From Candidatus Chisholmbacteria bacterium RIFCSPHIGHO2_01_FULL_52_32 (GTDB lineage: Bacteria > Patescibacteriota > Microgenomatia > UBA1400 > Chisholmbacteraceae): DNA of 64,000 bases. The notes under the pieces are model-generated. The model saw only the letters and a list, made by a program, of their open reading frames with translations, was not told the DNA's origin and did no database searches. The position numbers and the translations under genes are program-made. This document shows, piece after piece, positions 49,524 through 58,703 of the stretch. The DNA is taken from assembly GCA_001816585.1 (NCBI GenBank), contig MHCJ01000003.1:284228-348227 (forward strand), given 5' to 3'. Numbering within the stretch: position 1 is the first letter of the stretch; each line of letters begins with the position of its first letter.

Positions 49524-50632
49524 GGCTGAGGATTTTTTAATATCTTTTCCAGTTTCCGGATATGATGATCCCAGGTCCAGTTTTTTTCCACCTCGGCTCG
49601 CGCGGCAACACCCATTCGCCTTGCTTTCTCCGGATTTGCGATCAGCTCTTCGATCTTTTGGGCCAAATTACCGGGGTTTCGCTCGACTAAAAATCCTGTT
49701 TTTCCGTCAAGCACCGTTTCCCGATATCCCCCTTCCCTGACGGCAATGACCGGTGTCCCACAGGACATGGATTCCAAAGCGACCAAACCGAATGGTTCTA
49801 AGACAGCAGCGCAGATTGTTATCACCGCGCTATTGTACGCCAAGGCCATCTCCTTCTGGTTTCTCTTGAATGCGCCACGAACTGTTTGATTGATAACCGT
49901 GAGGCGTGGCCGCTGGTTCGACGGAATCTTTGCAATCGCAGCTATCAGAAGGTCGTACCCGTCGATCCGAGCCCGATGGCCGATAAATAACACCCCATCT
50001 TTTTTCATGGCCGGCAGAGGTTTAAAGACTTCCGTGTCAACACCCAGAGGACACACCTCTGCCTTTGTGCCATACGCTTGGGCGATGTACTCCTTCACGT
50101 AATGGGATGCACAAATGATCCTGGTTGCTGCCCTGGCATTGGTGCGGTCGATTTGCTTTCTTGTCAGCCTGTTGAATTTCTCATACGCTTGTTTTATCGG
50201 TCCGACCGCTTCTCTCAAGCGAAGTTCGTACTCGTAGCCGATCCTCAACGGCTCCTGGCAGTAATAGACGCTTGGGGTCTGAAGATAGCGAAGGAGATAC
50301 GGCGCCTGGGTAAGACGATCGGGGTGAACGAAGGCAATCTCGTACCCTCCGCCGTCGATTTGTCGAGCGATTTCCCTATGTACCTTCCGTAAAACGGTAA
50401 AGCTCGCAAGATCCCGGCGGAGGCGGGAAAACCCGTGCGATTCTTTTTTCATCACTTCATAAGGGAAGAGGAAGATTTTTTTGCAGAGAGGCCGTAGAGA
50501 ATATTCGCCTTCCAGCGAAACAAGGCTGAAAAGGTCAATCGCGTGGTGGTTCGCCAGGCGCTTAACCTGTTCGTACAGGGCGATGTGGGCTCCACCTTCC
50601 GGAAGATTGTGGAAAACTGCGAGCTTTCGCAT
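49520..50632 (-). CDS. Family 4 (GT-B) glycosyltransferase
   Basis: 370 aa with the C-terminal GT4 motif [19 protein letters not shown] ... GGYRET. Confidence 0.8.
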   Translation of the reverse strand: MRKLAVFHNLPEGGAHIALYEQVKRLANHHAIDLFSLVSLEGEYSLRPLCKKIFLFPYEVMKKESHGFSRLRRDLASFTVLRKVHREIARQIDGGGYEIAFVHPDRLTQAPYLLRYLQTPSVYYCQEPLRIGYEYELRLREAVGPIKQAYEKFNRLTRKQIDRTNARAATRIICASHYVKEYIAQAYGTKAEVCPLGVDTEVFKPLPAMKKDGVLFIGHRARIDGYDLLIAAIAKIPSNQRPRLTVINQTVRGAFKRNQKEMALAYNSAVITICAAVLEPFGLVALESMSCGTPVIAVREGGYRETVLDGKTGFLVERNPGNLAQKIEELIANPEKARRMGVAARAEVEKNWTWDHHIRKLEKILKNPQP

Positions 50633-50648
50633 TTTTCTTCATCCTTTT

Positions 50649-51368
50649 TTAGAAATATCCTAAGGATCTCATTTTTCGTGATACCTTCCCCTTGTGTGCC
50701 TTAACTTTCGGCAGGCTCTTTTTCCTTTTTAATAATCTTTGGAGTAATCCCTGCTTCTGCGGATACCTCATTTGTAGTGAGTTCTCCTCAAGATAGGGCA
50801 CTGCATTCTCTTCAAGATAGCTCATGATCTCTTCTTTGGTGAAATGGAGGAGAGGATGAATGCGCACGTGATTCTTGCGCGGAGAGAAATAAACCTCGGA
50901 CTCATATGCCTCGTCCTCTTGCCATCGGATTCCGGTCATGAGCGCCTTCAAGCGATACTTCTTGATTGCTCTTTTGATGGATCGAATCTTCATCATCTGG
51001 ATTAGCTGTCTCTTTTCTGATTTACTTTTGGCTTTCCGGTATTGGCGTCGGGTTGGCTTGTCAGAGACACGAAGAAGGGGAAGTTGCCAGTCTCGCTTGA
51101 TTTTCTCGATAAATTGGTTGGTCGTCGCAGATTCCGATTTGGTATCAATGTACAGTACGGGAAGTGATATTTTGTCGTCTTGGGCTCTTTTTACCAGATG
51201 CAGCAAGACCATGGAGTCAGCTCCTCCCGACCAGAAAACGCCGATTCTTGGCTGATACTTTCTTCCCGCAAGGTCAATAATTTTCAGGCTTTGCCTTATT
51301 TTCAGGCGATCAATCTTTTGCATCTTCCTTCTTGGTTGCCCTAAGATACAGCCAAAGACCGTTCCCAC
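50649..51368 (-). CDS. PAPS-reductase/ATP-PPase superfamily protein (adenine-nucleotide alpha-hydrolase, SGGxDS P-loop)
   Basis: The protein contains IGVFWSGGADSMVLLHLV, the PP-loop. The probable start is the internal Met (MQKIDRL, about 51323). It is embedded in the glycan cluster. Confidence 0.55.
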   Translation of the reverse strand: MGTVFGCILGQPRRKMQKIDRLKIRQSLKIIDLAGRKYQPRIGVFWSGGADSMVLLHLVKRAQDDKISLPVLYIDTKSESATTNQFIEKIKRDWQLPLLRVSDKPTRRQYRKAKSKSEKRQLIQMMKIRSIKRAIKKYRLKALMTGIRWQEDEAYESEVYFSPRKNHVRIHPLLHFTKEEIMSYLEENAVPYLEENSLQMRYPQKQGLLQRLLKRKKSLPKVKAHKGKVSRKMRSLGYF

Positions 51369-52107
51369 CGGACTTCATATTGAGAAATCTTTTCAGGTAT
51401 TCGAATAGAAGGCGTTTCACCAGGGATGAGGGAACTGTTTTCCCGTACGGAGAGTCCTTAATGTATGACCAGAGCTCCCGGCGGTACGGCCGAAACGTTG
51501 CAATGCGATAGAGCCGGTACCAAGCTACCACCGCTCGTTTCGGAAAGTAGTACTGAACACCTACCAGGGAAAGTCCGGCACCCTGCAAGATTTTGATCCA
51601 TTCCGCCTTTGATCGATAGTGAAGATGGCGTACCCTTCGGTTAAACTGCTTCCATCTCCTATCGTCCCGAATAAGGGTTCTTAACGCTGTTTGTAATTTC
51701 CTGGTGGGTACCGTCAGGAAGATCGTGCCGCCCTTCTTTGTTACCCTTGCGATTTCTTTGACTGCGGTGAGATCATCGGTAATGTGCTCAAACGTGCTGT
51801 TTGCAATGGTCGTTGTAAACGACCCCGACTTGAGCGCCAGGCTCTGGGCATCCATCACCGCAACAAAGCGATATGCGCCGCACGCTTTTGCCTGCCCGAT
51901 CAGCCGTGCATCAACGTCGATTCCAAGATCTATTTTTTTGCCCTCAAAGAGCAGCTTTCCGATTCTCCCATCCGAGCACCCAATATCGAGAGTTGGGCGG
52001 GAAAATCGATGCTTCTGCCAGATTGCCCGTTCTCTGGCTCGCAGAAAGGCATCCTGGGGAGCAAACCAAAATGCTTCAAGGAGCAACTTAAGATCGGTTT
52101 CGTTCAT
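51310..52107 (-). CDS. Class I SAM-dependent methyltransferase
   Basis: 265 aa with motif I LDIGCSDGRIG and a Rossmann fold. Confidence 0.75.
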   Translation of the reverse strand: MNETDLKLLLEAFWFAPQDAFLRARERAIWQKHRFSRPTLDIGCSDGRIGKLLFEGKKIDLGIDVDARLIGQAKACGAYRFVAVMDAQSLALKSGSFTTTIANSTFEHITDDLTAVKEIARVTKKGGTIFLTVPTRKLQTALRTLIRDDRRWKQFNRRVRHLHYRSKAEWIKILQGAGLSLVGVQYYFPKRAVVAWYRLYRIATFRPYRRELWSYIKDSPYGKTVPSSLVKRLLFEYLKRFLNMKSGGNGLWLYLRATKKEDAKD

Positions 52108-53417
52108 TCTGTTTCGGTTTGAACATCGCTAAATACCCTCCGGAGATAATACCCGATGACCGGCAGCGCTGCGAGTGCTCCGATTGTGGCTGAAGCGGCA
52201 GCCCCGAGAATTCCATATCGGTTCACCAAGGGGACTATCGTCACAGCCAGCCCGAGAATGGAGACGAGGGTCAGCCCGGTAACATACTCCTGTTTTTTCA
52301 CCGCCAAAAAAAGAGCGGATGATGACCCTGAGATTGCCCTGATAACACCGAAGATCGCGAGGAGTTGTAACGCAGGAGCGGCTATCAGCCATTGCTCACC
52401 AAAGACAAATGCGATCACCTGATTTGGAAATAGGAATAGGAAGATCCCGAAGGGTAGAACAAGGAGGGTGATACCGACGGTGGTCTTTACAAACGCTTTC
52501 CTTAATCTTTCGGTATCCCCGGAAATTCTCGTAAAGATCGGAAAGGTGACTTTCCCGAATACATCCGCCACTTCGGTAATGGGAAGGGTTGAGATCTTGT
52601 ACGCCATCTGATAGAGGCCTAAGGAGGTGGTGCCTAAAAGCTTCCCAACGACGATATCGTCTCCATGATGAAAGAGATAATTAAAAAATCCGGCCGCTGT
52701 GATCCATTTCCCTCTCCCGATGATCCGGGTTGTCTTTGTTTTCTCGAGGGCAAGTTTTGGCCTCGGGCGAATGAGAAGAAAAGAGATCGCTATCTCAAGA
52801 AGTGCTCCTCCTATCATCCCGAAAATCAGGCTCTCGACAGAACGCATCCGAAGAGCAAGGAAGATTGTAATCGCTGCCTCGAAAACCACGACGACTGATT
52901 GAACGATGAATTGTTTATGAAACTGGAGTTCCTTCTGGAGTTTGACAATTGCCGGATTGATAAATCCGCGGAGGAACGGTACAAGCGCAATTAGCAGGAG
53001 AAGCTGAAACGAATCTTTCGAACTGAAAAATATAGCGACCAGCGGTGCTGAAAGGACAATAATTGACGCTATCAGAATCCCTCTTACTATCGAAACCACC
53101 CAGGCAGTATCGATGTATTCTTCAATGTCTCCTTCATCCTGTATGAGAAAGACATTGATGCCTGTTTCTGTCAAGGTTTCCAGGAAAGCAACGACAAGCG
53201 AAGCAATGCCGAAGAGACCGAATTGAGACGGAACCAGAATCCGGGCAAGAATTGCCAATTTCAGCAAAGCCACCAGACGGATTATAAGGCGTAAACCTCC
53301 CATCCAGCCCGTGCCTTTTACCGCCTGGTGAAAGTATCCCATGGGGCCTATTGTATCATCGTTTTGATTGAGTGAAGCTTGAGAGAATACCCACGAGGGA
53401 GCCGGACATAACGGCAA
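52104..53417 (-). CDS. Polysaccharide/oligosaccharide flippase (MOP/Wzx family)
   Basis: 437 aa with about 12 TM helices. The start is probably an internal Met (about 53345). Confidence 0.7.
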   Translation of the reverse strand: MPLCPAPSWVFSQASLNQNDDTIGPMGYFHQAVKGTGWMGGLRLIIRLVALLKLAILARILVPSQFGLFGIASLVVAFLETLTETGINVFLIQDEGDIEEYIDTAWVVSIVRGILIASIIVLSAPLVAIFFSSKDSFQLLLLIALVPFLRGFINPAIVKLQKELQFHKQFIVQSVVVVFEAAITIFLALRMRSVESLIFGMIGGALLEIAISFLLIRPRPKLALEKTKTTRIIGRGKWITAAGFFNYLFHHGDDIVVGKLLGTTSLGLYQMAYKISTLPITEVADVFGKVTFPIFTRISGDTERLRKAFVKTTVGITLLVLPFGIFLFLFPNQVIAFVFGEQWLIAAPALQLLAIFGVIRAISGSSSALFLAVKKQEYVTGLTLVSILGLAVTIVPLVNRYGILGAAASATIGALAALPVIGYYLRRVFSDVQTETE

Positions 53418-54333
53418 CGTCCGCCGTCATTTGCAGGAACGGCAAAAGCAAGAGTGCGCGCTTATCCTTCACAAACGCATATCCCTTACCAATGACCCAG
53501 GCGAAGTATTGCGGAACCAAGAAAATCAAGAGGAGAGGGAAGACCTTCAGAAGCCAAAGACCAACCAGGTAGCGGAGCCAAACCAGACCTATCCTTATCA
53601 CGTGCGGCCGGTAGCGGGCATTAACATCACCTTTGGCATAATTGAACAGCTGCCGGAATGCTTTCCCAACTGATCTTTGCTGTCGCCAATGGACGATGGC
53701 GTCTTTGGCGATGGTGAACTTGGCTCCTTTTTTCATCAGCCGCTCGACAAACACCAGATCCTCGCAGGTTGTGAGTTGCTTCGGGTAGCCGCCAGCTTTC
53801 TTCCAGACGGTTTTCCGAAACGCTATGGAACGGGAAGCGGGCAGAAAATTTCGCGGATCGAATCGATGCGGTAAGACGCAGGTATAGACAGCCAAACATT
53901 TTTGAAACACCGACTTCCCTTGCGGGAGGTAATATCCGCTAACGACGTCTACTTTGGAATTGCGAAATGGGACGATAAGTTTTTTAAGCCAGTCTTTGGT
54001 TGGGATGCAACCGGCGTCGGTGACCGCGATGAATGGGCCATGGGCGCGGGCGATCCCGATGTTCCTTCCCCTCGCGCGATTGGCCCCGGGGACGACCAGG
54101 AGACGAAGGTTCTTTGAATCTTTCTGTAGGGCTCGAATCTTCTCTACCGTACGGTCGTTTGAACCTGCGTCGATAACGATAATTTCATCCGGTTGCCGGC
54201 TTTGGTTGAAAAGCGAAGCGAGAAGCTTCTCTATCACAGACTCCTCATTGAGGACTGTCGTGACTACACTGACTTTCTCCATAGACTTTTTCGTAGTTTT
54301 TGCGCAGTGCTTCTGATTACATTTTACTCCCAT
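53356..54333 (-). CDS. Family 2 glycosyltransferase with C-terminal TM segments
   Basis: The protein contains VSVVTTVLNEESVIEKLL ... IIVIDAGSNDRT and a DAG motif. The probable start is MEKVSVV (about 54282). Confidence 0.8.
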   Translation of the reverse strand: MGVKCNQKHCAKTTKKSMEKVSVVTTVLNEESVIEKLLASLFNQSRQPDEIIVIDAGSNDRTVEKIRALQKDSKNLRLLVVPGANRARGRNIGIARAHGPFIAVTDAGCIPTKDWLKKLIVPFRNSKVDVVSGYYLPQGKSVFQKCLAVYTCVLPHRFDPRNFLPASRSIAFRKTVWKKAGGYPKQLTTCEDLVFVERLMKKGAKFTIAKDAIVHWRQQRSVGKAFRQLFNYAKGDVNARYRPHVIRIGLVWLRYLVGLWLLKVFPLLLIFLVPQYFAWVIGKGYAFVKDKRALLLLPFLQMTADVAVMSGSLVGILSSFTQSKR

Positions 54334-54435
54334 TTCTTTCCGTCTGTTTATGCCCGTAAACGTCCTATGGCGTTTGCTTTTTTAGGTTTTATTTGCCCAG
54401 TCTGCTATAATGCCCCATAGTGTTAAACGGAGGAG

Positions 54436-54969
54436 GTGAGTAACTTGAGAAGTTTTGCCATTACCATTACCGTTCTTCTGCTTATTGGCGGGATCGGCGG
54501 TTGGTACTATTCCAACAAAGTTCGCCCCAAGGCCGAACCGGGCTCGGAAGAGATCTCACCCAGCGAACAATCCAAACTACCGCTTGAGGCTGCTTTGACC
54601 GCCTCTTCGGAGAACATTACAGTCACGACAAATACCAATGATGTTCCGGATATCGGCAAGTCAGAGCTTGAGGTTTCCTATACCAACAATTCCGAGCGTG
54701 ATCTTTCCGGTGTCCAAGTTTGGTTGTCCGTCGGCCAAATGGGCACATTCGACTTTCCGCCGGCAAGCCGATTTAATAAGCCGGCCACCGAACGAGCCCT
54801 AGCCGGAACTTCAATTTTCGATGTGTCCGATGTGCCCGCATCGAGTACGGCTACATCCCGGATCGCGGTGTTTGCCTTGCAAGCAGGTACCTACCCTGTT
54901 TCTGCTACCGTGAAGGCGGGAGAGGATTTAGTAGCCACGACCAGTGCGGTCTATATTGTTGCCAAGTAG
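54436..54969 (+). CDS. Hypothetical membrane-anchored/secreted protein (177 aa)
   Basis: It has an N-terminal TM/signal-anchor and then a Ser/Thr-rich beta-rich domain. A strong AGGAGG RBS is present, with a likely TTG start at 54445. Confidence 0.5.
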   Translation: MSNLRSFAITITVLLLIGGIGGWYYSNKVRPKAEPGSEEISPSEQSKLPLEAALTASSENITVTTNTNDVPDIGKSELEVSYTNNSERDLSGVQVWLSVGQMGTFDFPPASRFNKPATERALAGTSIFDVSDVPASSTATSRIAVFALQAGTYPVSATVKAGEDLVATTSAVYIVAK

Positions 54970-55476
54970 GGCCGGCATTTCCTCGATAGTGAAAAAACCG
55001 TGAAAATAGTTGGCATAGGTATTTCGGCTGCCAACGCGATTCCGAGAACGGAAAGTCTGTTCGTACCAATCGCGGGTGGTCAGTTGGCATGATCGCCTGC
55101 CTCTACCTGTTTAGTTTTTCTCTCTTCAAGTTTGGTCAATGGTTTTTTTGAACTTCTTATTTTATTTTGTATTCCCATTTCTTACCCGCCGAAAATCTTG
55201 ACTTTAAGCCTGGATTGTGCTATTTGGTATATGGAAAATATTCGGTTTTTATTTGCGACCTAATTCATTGCCCCGCTGCAGCTGTCCAAGGGTCGTTGTT
55301 TGTCTATGGAGCCAATACTCGCGTCTTCACCATTACTACCTGCCACTTTCCTTCTGTCCTTTATTTCAGTGATCTTTCTGTTACACGCGATTCCCTTCGC
55401 GGATGGCTCATTGACAACTGAATAACAAAGCATTTTAACGGGCTTTCTATATCCCGCGGCCATAATCCCCCGCGTC

Positions 55477-55516
55477 GGATGAATCCTGAAAGCACAAATG
55501 CATCAAGAATTCATCC
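55477..55516. promoter_or_regulatory. 8-bp perfect inverted repeat GGATGAAT-N24-ATTCATCC at the left edge of the GC-rich island, upstream of the first island gene
   Basis: Read directly from the sequence. It lies about 95 nt upstream of the ATG at 55612. Confidence 0.4.
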
Positions 55517-55611
55517 CACCTGACCTCGTGAACAACCCTGAAAGGAGGCGTACAGCATCCGCTTCGATCCCTCGTATCCGTGTCCGCGTTCACAAGCCTT
55601 TGGAGGCAACC

Positions 55612-56031
55612 ATGACAGGAATCGTCGATTTTCTCACCTGGATTGGGACAGATGTTGTCGCCCCGATTGCTACGGCTTTGCTGTTCATCGGCGTGGCCTA
55701 CTTCGTCGGCTACAAGATCGCGTGGTCCGGGCTGAAGCGAATCGCCGCGCTCGCCGATGCGCAGAGCGTCTCCATCGACACCTTCAAGCCAGCTCTGATC
55801 GCGTATGCTGTGGCGATCGTCGGATCCATCCTCGTGGCAGCTTTGGGGGCGATCATCGTGCTCAACTGGGAGGACACCAAGGACTTCGTCAACGGCATCT
55901 ACAAGGAGGCCATCAACCGTTCGTCCTGGAGATACGGGCCGGTGATGCCCATGGCGGTGTTCGTCCCGATCTACCTGAAGGAGGCCAGCAGGCAAGTCAG
56001 GTGCCGCCTGCGCCGGGCTTTTCGCCGCTGA
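55612..56031 (+). CDS. Small two-TM membrane protein (first gene of the GC-rich T4SS-like operon; possible VirB2/VirB3-class component)
   Basis: 140 aa. Manual start is the ATG at 55612 with a GGAGG RBS at 55602-55606. Two hydrophobic helices are present (IATALLFIGVAYFVGY; AYAVAIVGSILVAALGAIIVL). The GC content is far above the host. Confidence 0.5.
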   Translation: MTGIVDFLTWIGTDVVAPIATALLFIGVAYFVGYKIAWSGLKRIAALADAQSVSIDTFKPALIAYAVAIVGSILVAALGAIIVLNWEDTKDFVNGIYKEAINRSSWRYGPVMPMAVFVPIYLKEASRQVRCRLRRAFRR

Positions 56032-56059
56032 TCGTCAGCTTCCCCACAAGGAGTTTCTC

Positions 56060-57922
56060 ATGTTCAAAGGTTTAGGTCGGCTGGCCGCCGTGTTCGGTTC
56101 CCGTCGGGCAAAGGTAGCTGGTGCGGCGGCCAGCTGCCTAACCTTTGCCATCATCCTGTCCGGATGCAACGTCATCCTCGAACCCGGTAAGGGCTCACGC
56201 CTCCTCGAAGCACTGCTGCGGCTTATCAAGTACCTTCCGGAGGGGCCGGTTGTGGCTTTGGAGGAGTTCGTGCTCGAACTTCTTGGTGACAGCTTCGCCC
56301 AGACGTTCAACGAGATCATGGCGGCCATCACCCAGAAGCCGAATCTGACAACCTCGGTCTGGGGCAACATCTTCAACGGACTGGCTGTCGGGATGTTTGG
56401 GCTGATGCTGTTCCACACCTTTTTCTACTTCCGTGATTACTCTCGAGCAGTGGAGAAGCACGGTGCGGAGGCGGTCAACGAAGGCAGAGGAGGTGTCATC
56501 CCGATCTTCCAGTACACCGGGCGGTTCGCCGCGGTGGCGTTCCTGGTGATCGGGATTCCCATCATCCTTCAGCAGGTGATCAACCTCACCTGGCAGCTGG
56601 TATATGACTTTGCCACGGCTGCCTATGGAGAACAAGGCAACTCAGTCGGGGAAGTGATGTTTGACCTCATCGTCAAGATGGTCCATGGCGGAGGGCTGGC
56701 GATCGTCACCCTGATGTTCATGTTCATCGTCATCTGGTTGGCAACGCTGGTCTTCGTCTCCGTCTACCTCTGGGGCTATCTGATGCTGTTCCTCAATGCC
56801 CTCAAGGCAGTGATCAAAGCCCCGAAGTTCCTGCGCGGGAAACCGGACGATCTTGAGGCCATGTCCGAACCCTTACTCGATGCCTTGGAGTCGGTCGCCT
56901 ACCTGGGGACACGGTGGTTGTTGATCTACATGACACCGTTTCTTCTCTGGTGGGTGGCAGATGACCTGATGGGTGGAGCGGAAACACCCGTCACCCCGAC
57001 CATCATCACCGTCGGACTGTTCGTTTTGATCATGCTCGCTACGGCTGCTCCCTGGATCCTGTTCGGATTCCGCTTGTTCGGCATCAGGATCTGGAAGGGT
57101 TTTACCAAACCTATCCCAGAGCGTCTGAGGCCGAGAGTCGGCGGACTGGACGAGACCTACGGCAAAGCCGAAGCGGCGCTGGCTGGGGTCGCGGCTGGCA
57201 TTGCCGCTGAGGAGACGGTCGGACAAGGATGGCTTCGTAAGCAAGCGCAGAGGGCTTTTCGCGCGGCTGAACAAGCTGTCGGTATGGATCCTCGGCATGC
57301 TCGTCAGCGGGAAAGCATCCGCAAAGTCGTCCATCACGAGGTGGGTTATCAGGATGTCGCGGAAGCCGCGAGAAGGCAGTACCCACCTTCGGCACCATCG
57401 ACGGGGACAAGCAGTGGACCATCTAGCCCACCGCCTCCGACAGCCGGACCAGTACCACCCCCCTCCTCCCCGCCACCCCGTCCCACGCCTTCAGGTGGGG
57501 GAGCAAGTGCAATGCCGCCACAAGCTCGAAGGAGATCTGCCAGTGATGGTTCAGCTTCCCCCAGTGCAAAACCGGAAACACAAAGATCGGTTCCCGGTCA
57601 GAAGCCAGGACCTCCTCCGGCACAACCTTCCGAACAACAGCGTGTGGAAGAGGGAGCATCAGAAGCCCCAATAACCGGGGGAACACCTGCACCACCGGCG
57701 TTTGAGCGACTGCTTGCTGAACTGAAGTCCCTGAAGTTGCCGGTGGTTGATCTGTCCGATGCAGAACTGGCAGTTTGCCCCGCCCTGCGTATCTACGGAC
57801 ACGGGAGCAGTACTGACGCAGGGCTTCCGGAAGACGCAAGAAGGTTCCTGCGGAGCATCCCCGGAGCTCAGAGAACCGATTGGGCGAAGATCGGTAATGA
57901 ACTTCGAGCCCATTTGCCCTAG
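56060..57922 (+). CDS. VirB6/TrbL-like polytopic membrane lipoprotein with Pro/Ser-rich C-terminal tail
   Basis: 620 aa. It has a lipobox LSGC after a basic N-terminus, 6-7 TM helices, and then a low-complexity PPSAPSTGTSSGPSSPPPPTAGPVPPPSSPPPRPTPSGG ... tail. This is the architecture of VirB6/TrbL/ConG-class channel proteins. Confidence 0.55.
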   Translation: MFKGLGRLAAVFGSRRAKVAGAAASCLTFAIILSGCNVILEPGKGSRLLEALLRLIKYLPEGPVVALEEFVLELLGDSFAQTFNEIMAAITQKPNLTTSVWGNIFNGLAVGMFGLMLFHTFFYFRDYSRAVEKHGAEAVNEGRGGVIPIFQYTGRFAAVAFLVIGIPIILQQVINLTWQLVYDFATAAYGEQGNSVGEVMFDLIVKMVHGGGLAIVTLMFMFIVIWLATLVFVSVYLWGYLMLFLNALKAVIKAPKFLRGKPDDLEAMSEPLLDALESVAYLGTRWLLIYMTPFLLWWVADDLMGGAETPVTPTIITVGLFVLIMLATAAPWILFGFRLFGIRIWKGFTKPIPERLRPRVGGLDETYGKAEAALAGVAAGIAAEETVGQGWLRKQAQRAFRAAEQAVGMDPRHARQRESIRKVVHHEVGYQDVAEAARRQYPPSAPSTGTSSGPSSPPPPTAGPVPPPSSPPPRPTPSGGGASAMPPQARRRSASDGSASPSAKPETQRSVPGQKPGPPPAQPSEQQRVEEGASEAPITGGTPAPPAFERLLAELKSLKLPVVDLSDAELAVCPALRIYGHGSSTDAGLPEDARRFLRSIPGAQRTDWAKIGNELRAHLP

Positions 57923-57935
57923 GAAGGATTGTGTG

Positions 57936-58655
57936 ATGAAGACAACCAAGAAGACCAAGAAGCGAAAAAGCTTCGAGAGCGATCAGGGCTACTCCTGGGT
58001 TGCCGATACCCTGGGGCTGACTTGGACGCCCAGACTCTTCGGTATCGGAGCTTCGTTCAACCTGCTGGGAGTCGGATTAGGGATGGGAGGACTGATCGTC
58101 CTTGCCATGTCCTACGTCATCAGCTTCATGACGATCCTCCGGCCCGTGGGTTGGGTGCTGATCGTCGGAGCGGTTCTGGGGACGCTTTTTGTGGGAGAGA
58201 ACGGGAAGCGGTTCATGCATTTCCTGATTCCGGTGATGACCCTGAGAAAGATCGGGATACCGGCATCGGAGAAACCCGTCTCCAGGACCATCGTCCGTAT
58301 CTGGTCGTACGGATCGTTCGCCTTTGAGATCGGCGTCTGGCTCTGGTGGCAGGTGTTCACCGCTCCCCCACGGCCTGATCTCGAGGCCTGGCTTGATGCC
58401 GGGGGCGACTATCTTAACTGGTTGTACGCCTTGCAATTCCAGGCTTATAGCCAGCTGGAGTACTACTGGTGGCTCCTGCCGGTGCTGGTCTTCTGCGTTC
58501 TGGGCCTTCTCAAGCTCTTAGAATGGGCCCCGATCTTCGGCTGGATGCTGCGCATGACTCGGATCGTTCCGCTCATCATCCCGTTTGTTCTTGTTCTTGA
58601 GGCGGTGATGATCTACCAATGGTGGGATTTCACGTTCAGACCCATCATCCCGTGA
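57936..58655 (+). CDS. Integral membrane protein (4-5 TM), T4SS-operon component
   Basis: 239 aa from the ATG at 57936 with an AGGAAGGA RBS. It has a basic N-terminus (KTTKKTKKRK) and Trp-rich TM helices. Confidence 0.5.
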   Translation: MKTTKKTKKRKSFESDQGYSWVADTLGLTWTPRLFGIGASFNLLGVGLGMGGLIVLAMSYVISFMTILRPVGWVLIVGAVLGTLFVGENGKRFMHFLIPVMTLRKIGIPASEKPVSRTIVRIWSYGSFAFEIGVWLWWQVFTAPPRPDLEAWLDAGGDYLNWLYALQFQAYSQLEYYWWLLPVLVFCVLGLLKLLEWAPIFGWMLRMTRIVPLIIPFVLVLEAVMIYQWWDFTFRPIIP

Positions 58656-58703
58656 CTTCGGGGAGAGGCTGGCTTCTCTCCAGCTTCTCCCATGGAGGTT
58701 GCT

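Noticed and set aside
55167-55421. 84-aa plus-strand ORF just before the island
   Set aside because: It has no RBS, is Cys/Phe-rich with odd composition, and lies in the transition zone. It is probably non-coding.
56873-57839. Minus-strand ORFs of 154, 103 and 138 aa inside the island
   Set aside because: In high-GC DNA long antisense ORFs arise by chance. They overlap the VirB6-like gene, whose frame has RBSs, TM periodicity and operon continuity.
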